Assembly: GCA_041496385.1 (NCBI GenBank) | Contig: JBGQEL010000134.1 | Coordinates: 1 to 11,098, forward strand | DNA length: 11,098 bases | From: Candidatus Methylomirabilia bacterium | GTDB taxonomy: Bacteria; Methylomirabilota; Methylomirabilia; Rokubacteriales; CSP1-6 | Direction of reading: 5' to 3' | In this document: positions 7,389 through 11,098 of the stretch, in pieces | How positions within the stretch are numbered: position 1 is the stretch's first letter | Layout of the letters: every line of letters begins with the position of its first letter | Program-made: the position numbers and the translations under genes | Notes under the pieces: model-generated | What the model saw: only the letters and a program-made list of their open reading frames with translations | Told to the model about the DNA's origin: nothing | The model's database searches: none

Positions 7389-7796
7389 ATGAGCAAGGAA
7401 TGGCTCGCCCGCGCACTCGCGATCCTCGTGACGGCCGCGCTCCCGGTGGTCGTCCACGCCCAGGCCGCCAACCCCGGCGTCCCGAGCGACTTCTCGCGGA
7501 ACCCGCACCCGGCGATGCCGTGGGCGGGGTACAGCAACCCGAACATGGGCGGCTTCGACTACGGCCAGGCGATCCGCTACATCCCGGTGCCGCCGCAACA
7601 GGTGGAGATCGAGGTGCCTGTCTCCGTGCCGGAGGGCGTGCCCGCGCGCACGCAGAAGCAGGTCCAGGAGATTCCCGGCTACTACGTCACCGAGACCACG
7701 ACGGGCTTCTACTATCCCGAACGCTGGGCGCTCCAGCAGCTCAACGTCGGGGTGTACCAGTGGGTGAAGATGCCGGGGGAGTTTCGCCGGAAGTAG
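7389..7796 (+). CDS. Hypothetical secreted/periplasmic protein (135 aa), rich in Pro, Tyr and Trp
   Basis: C-terminal part of ORF 6981..7796, filling the gap between ffh and the cupin. The N-terminus looks like a Sec signal peptide (MSKEWLARALAILVTAALPVVVHA-QA). The composition is balanced and unlike the Arg/Ala-rich shadow ORFs, with GC-ending codons. Confidence 0.85.
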   Translation: MSKEWLARALAILVTAALPVVVHAQAANPGVPSDFSRNPHPAMPWAGYSNPNMGGFDYGQAIRYIPVPPQQVEIEVPVSVPEGVPARTQKQVQEIPGYYVTETTTGFYYPERWALQQLNVGVYQWVKMPGEFRRK

Positions 7797-7803
7797 CGCG
7801 AAC

Positions 7804-7820
7804 GCCGCGGCGCCCGCGGC
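7804..7820. terminator. Possible bidirectional hairpin between convergent genes
   Basis: GCCGCGG-CGC-CCGCGGC, a 7-bp stem in the 27-bp gap between two convergent stops. There is no U-tract and the background GC is high. Confidence 0.3.
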
Positions 7821-7823
7821 CGG

Positions 7824-8153
7824 TCAGTACTCGGGCGGCGCGTAGACCGTGACGAAGAAGAGCGGCGCGTGGCCGGGGTTCCTCACGTGGTGGCGCATGC
7901 CCGCGGGGATCACGACGAGCGCGCCGGGACCCGCGCGGTGCTCGCGCGCGCCGATGCGCAGGACCGCCTCGCCCTCCACGACGTACACGATCTGATCCCC
8001 CGCGTGCTCCTCCGCCGGCCCGCCGTCCGCGCCGGGCGCGATCGTCATCACCGCGGTCTGGCTCCGCTCGGTCGTCTGGAGCACCCGGAAGAACTGGCCG
8101 CGGTGGGCGAGCGCGTCCACGACCTCGGGTGCGCCGCGGCTAGCGGGCGGCAT
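7824..8153 (-). CDS. Single-domain cupin protein (Cupin_2-like, 109 aa)
   Basis: Cupin motif 1 is EEHAGDQIVYVVEG and motif 2 is GALVVIPAGMRHHVRN. The protein ends in VYAPPEY. The start overlaps the rpe 3' end by 14 bp and is not certain. Confidence 0.88.
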   Translation of the reverse strand: MPPASRGAPEVVDALAHRGQFFRVLQTTERSQTAVMTIAPGADGGPAEEHAGDQIVYVVEGEAVLRIGAREHRAGPGALVVIPAGMRHHVRNPGHAPLFFVTVYAPPEY

Positions 8154-8787
8154 CGCGCAGCGCCCTGACCGCCGCGGCCGGATCGGCGGCGCCGAAGATC
8201 GCCGAGCCGGCCACGAGCGTCGTCGCGCCGTCCCCGACGAGCGCCTTCGCGAGGTCCGCCTTCACGCCGCCGTCCACGGAGATGTCGGCGGTCCGGTCCC
8301 CGAGGAGTGCCTTGACCTCGCGGATCTTCCGGTGCGCGCCCGGGATGAAGGACTGGCCCCCGAAGCCCGGGTTCACCGACATGACGAGCACGAGGTCGAG
8401 GTCGTCGAGCACGTACCGGAGCCCGTCGGGCGGCGTGGACGGGTTCAGCGCGACGCCCGCCTTCGCGCCGAGCTCGCGGATCTGGGCGAGCGTGCGCTGC
8501 AGGTGCGGGCACGCCTCGGCGTGGACGGTGATCATGTCGGCGCCAGCGGCGACGAACTCGGCGAGGTAGCGCTCGGGCTCGACGATCATCAGGTGGACGT
8601 CGAGCGGGAGGCGGGTGTGCTTGCGGAGCGCGGCGACGACGACGGGGCCGACGGTGAGATTCGGCACGAACCGCCCGTCCATCACGTCCACGTGCAGCTG
8701 ATCGGCGCCGCCCAGCTCGACGCGCCGGACGTCGTCGGCGAGTGCGGCAAAGTCCGCCGAGAGGATCGACGGCGCGATCTTGACCAC
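8140..8787 (-). CDS. rpe: Ribulose-phosphate 3-epimerase
   Basis: Motifs KIAPSILSADF, LHVDVMDGRFVPNLT, LDVHLMI, VLVMSVNPGFGGQSF, VDGGV and VAGSAIF. Confidence 0.98.
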   Translation of the reverse strand: MVKIAPSILSADFAALADDVRRVELGGADQLHVDVMDGRFVPNLTVGPVVVAALRKHTRLPLDVHLMIVEPERYLAEFVAAGADMITVHAEACPHLQRTLAQIRELGAKAGVALNPSTPPDGLRYVLDDLDLVLVMSVNPGFGGQSFIPGAHRKIREVKALLGDRTADISVDGGVKADLAKALVGDGATTLVAGSAIFGAADPAAAVRALRDAAR

Positions 8788-8793
8788 GACGAT

Positions 8794-8802
8794 GTTATAT
8801 CA
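8794..8802 (-). promoter_or_regulatory. Putative extended -10 element (TGnTATAAc) for a leaderless rpe transcript
   Basis: The minus strand reads TGA-TATAAC-ATCGTC-GTG. The TG comes from the rsmB stop codon, the hexamer lies 6 nt before the rpe GTG, and there is no SD. Confidence 0.45.
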
Positions 8803-10149
8803 CGCCCGCCGGAAGCGGACGGCCGTGAAGCCGTCGGTTCCGTGGCGATCGGGGGCGCAGCGGAGCACGCCGTCGGCGTCGAGCGGAATCGGAAACGCCG
8901 GCGGCGGGTCGACGGCGAAGTCCCCGTGGGCGCCGAGGAAGGCCGTGGTGACCTCCTCGTTCTCCTCGGGCTCGAGCGAGCAGGTGGCGTAGACGAGCCG
9001 CCCGCCTTGCTTGACCATCGTGGCCGCCGCGCCGAGGATCGCGCGCTGGCGCGCCGCGCCCGCGGCGAGATCCTCGGGCCGCCGGCGCCACTTCGCGTCG
9101 GGGTTGCGGCGGAGCACGCCGAGATTCGAGCAGGGCGCGTCGACGAGCACGCCGTCGCAGGCGCTGCGAAAGGCGGGGGCGCGCGCCTCGACCGCGCCCT
9201 CGAGCGCCTCGACGATGCTGACGCCCAGTCGTGCCGCGGCCTCCGTCACGCGCGTGAGCCGGGCGGGCTGCGGGTCGAAGGCGAGCACCCGGCCGCGGTT
9301 CTCCATCAGCTGGGCGAGGTGGGTCGTCTTGGTGCCGGGCGCGGCGCAGACATCGGCGACGGTCGAGCCGGGCCGCGGCTCGAGGAGCCGCGCCACGAGC
9401 ATCGACGCCTCGTCCTGCACCGCGAAGCTTCCGTCGGCGAACGCCCGCCAGCGCGCCGGCGCGCCTCCCGGCGAGACGACGAGCCCTTCCGGCGCGTAGC
9501 GGGTCGCGCGCGGGCTGAGCCCCTCCTCGGCGGCGAGCCGCGCGGCGAGCGCCTCGCGCCCGATCCGCAGCGTGTTGGTGCGCAGCGTGAGCGGCGGCCG
9601 CTCGTTCATCGCGCGCATGAGCGCCTCGGCCCCGGCGAGGCCGTAGCGGGCGACCCAGCGCGCGGCGAGCCACGTCGGGTGGGAGCAGCGGACGGCGAGC
9701 GCGTCGAGCGGATCGGGCGGCGGGGCGGGCTCGCGCTCGCGAAGGCCCCGGCGCGTGAACGAGCGCAGGACGGCGTTGACGAACGCTCCGACGCCCGGCG
9801 CGGAAGCCGCCAGCGTGACCGCGTCGTTCACGACGGCGAAGGGCGGCACCCGCTCGAGGAACACGAGCTGGTAGGCGGCGAGGCGCAGCAGCACGCGCAC
9901 CCGCGCGTCGAGCGAGTCCAGCGCGCGCTTCGAGTGCGGGGCCACGATCCAGTCGAGGTATCGCTGCCAGCGCAGCGTGCCGTACACGAGCTCGGTCGCG
10001 AGCGCCGCGTCGCGCGGTACCAGGGCCGCGCGAGCGCGCTCGGCGTCGAGCAGGAGATCGGGAAACGCGGCGTGGGCCTCGACGCGTTCGAGGACGCGGG
10101 CCGCGACGGCGCGGGCCGACGACGGCCCGCGCGGGGCCGAGCGCGTCAC
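8800..10149 (-). CDS. rsmB: 16S rRNA m5C967 methyltransferase RsmB (Sun/Fmu)
   Basis: N-terminal NusB-like domain (ALATELVYGTLRW, LRLAAYQL, FVNAVLR). Motifs VQDEAS, DVCAAPGTKT, VLVDAPCSNLG and LVYATCS. The probable GTG start at 10149 overlaps the fmt TGA (GTGA). Confidence 0.96.
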   Translation of the reverse strand: MTRSAPRGPSSARAVAARVLERVEAHAAFPDLLLDAERARAALVPRDAALATELVYGTLRWQRYLDWIVAPHSKRALDSLDARVRVLLRLAAYQLVFLERVPPFAVVNDAVTLAASAPGVGAFVNAVLRSFTRRGLREREPAPPPDPLDALAVRCSHPTWLAARWVARYGLAGAEALMRAMNERPPLTLRTNTLRIGREALAARLAAEEGLSPRATRYAPEGLVVSPGGAPARWRAFADGSFAVQDEASMLVARLLEPRPGSTVADVCAAPGTKTTHLAQLMENRGRVLAFDPQPARLTRVTEAAARLGVSIVEALEGAVEARAPAFRSACDGVLVDAPCSNLGVLRRNPDAKWRRRPEDLAAGAARQRAILGAAATMVKQGGRLVYATCSLEPEENEEVTTAFLGAHGDFAVDPPPAFPIPLDADGVLRCAPDRHGTDGFTAVRFRRA

Positions 10150-11081
10150 GGCGAGGTGAACGTCGCGCCGGGGGCGAGGCGCGCGCCCCTGAGCCAGTCC
10201 GCCCACGCCATCGGCCGCCGGTTCTCCGCCTGGACCTCCGACGGCAGGAGCGCGCCTTCGCCCGCGACGACGGCGGGCGCGCCGGCGTGGGTCACCGGCG
10301 TCCCCGGCGCTGCGCCCGGCGGGCTCTCCACCGCCGTTGCGCGCCAGATCGTGAGCGGGCCGACGGGCGTCAGGGTCAGGGCGCCGGGCCAGGGGTTGCA
10401 GCCGCGAACCACGTCTACGAGCTCACGCGCGGGAAGCCGCCAGTCGAGGTGGCCGTCCGTCTTCTTGAGCCTCGGCGCGAGTGTCGCGTCTTCCGGGCGC
10501 TGGGGTACGGGCGAGAGCGTGTCGAGCCGCGCGAGCGTCTCGACGAGCACCTCGGCGCCGAGCACCGCGAGGCGCGCGGCGAGCTCGCCGGCCGTCTCCT
10601 CGGACCCGATCGGCGTGGCCGCCGAGAGGAGAATCGGCCCCGTGTCCATCCCCTCGTCCATCCGGAACGTCGTGATGCCCGTCACCGTCTCGCCGCGCAT
10701 GATCGCCCACTGGATCGGCGCGGCGCCGCGATAGCGCGGCAGGAGCGAGCCGTGGACGTTGATCGAGCCCCGTGCGGGGGCGTCGAGCACCGCCTTCGGC
10801 AGGATCTGGCCGAACGCGACGACCACCGCGACGTCGGCGCCGAGCTCGCGGAGCCGCGGCGCCCACTCGGGGTCGCGCAGGCGCGCCGGCTGGAACACGG
10901 GCACGCCCGACGCGAGGGCTCGCGTCTTCACGGCAGACGGCGTCAGTCGCTGGCCGCGGTGCGCCGGGCGATCGGGCTGCGTGATGATGGCGGCGACGTC
11001 GTGGCGCCCGAGCACCGCCTCGAGCGTGGGCAGCGCGAACGCGGGCGTGCCGTAGAAGAGGACGCGAAATCGGTTTGCCAC
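10146..11081 (-). CDS. fmt: Methionyl-tRNA formyltransferase
   Basis: Motifs FYGTPAFA, TQPDRP, VVAFGQIL, INVHGSLLPRYRGAAPIQWAI, MDEGMDTG and NPWPGA. An in-frame TAG at 11096-11094 bounds the ORF, so it is complete. Confidence 0.97.
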   Translation of the reverse strand: MANRFRVLFYGTPAFALPTLEAVLGRHDVAAIITQPDRPAHRGQRLTPSAVKTRALASGVPVFQPARLRDPEWAPRLRELGADVAVVVAFGQILPKAVLDAPARGSINVHGSLLPRYRGAAPIQWAIMRGETVTGITTFRMDEGMDTGPILLSAATPIGSEETAGELAARLAVLGAEVLVETLARLDTLSPVPQRPEDATLAPRLKKTDGHLDWRLPARELVDVVRGCNPWPGALTLTPVGPLTIWRATAVESPPGAAPGTPVTHAGAPAVVAGEGALLPSEVQAENRRPMAWADWLRGARLAPGATFTSP

Positions 11082-11098
11082 AGCAACCCAATCCTACC

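Noticed and set aside
5903..7852. 649-aa + strand ORF antisense to ffh
   Set aside because: Shadow ORF typical of high-GC DNA. It lies opposite a conserved gene and has no recognisable motifs.
8332..10734. 800-aa + strand ORF antisense to rpe, rsmB and fmt
   Set aside because: Rich in Arg, Ala and Gly with no domain signature. Stop-codon scarcity at high GC explains it.

Overview
Very GC-rich bacterial chromosomal window (roughly 70% or more by eye, not computed). Most of it is housekeeping genes on the minus strand, in two blocks: fmt-rsmB-rpe-cupin (11081..7824) and ffh-rpsP-rimM-trmD-rplS-rnhB (7357..3404). A small secreted orphan gene (7389..7796, +) sits between the blocks, head-to-head with ffh across only 31 bp. 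Directly after rnhB is an accessory three-gene unit (3306..1578, -): a 4-TM membrane protein with an HAH motif, a PadR/AphA-type regulator and a DUF2306-like multi-TM protein. This unit has its own near-consensus sigma70 promoter (TTGACA-17 bp-TATCTT), overlaid by a perfect 11-3-11 palindrome, and is the best candidate for an uncharacterised system. The left end holds the 3' part of a xanthine dehydrogenase/CoxL-like molybdoenzyme large subunit (+), which overlaps the DUF2306-like gene tail-to-tail by 95 bp. I saw no RNA genes, mobile elements or CRISPR arrays.
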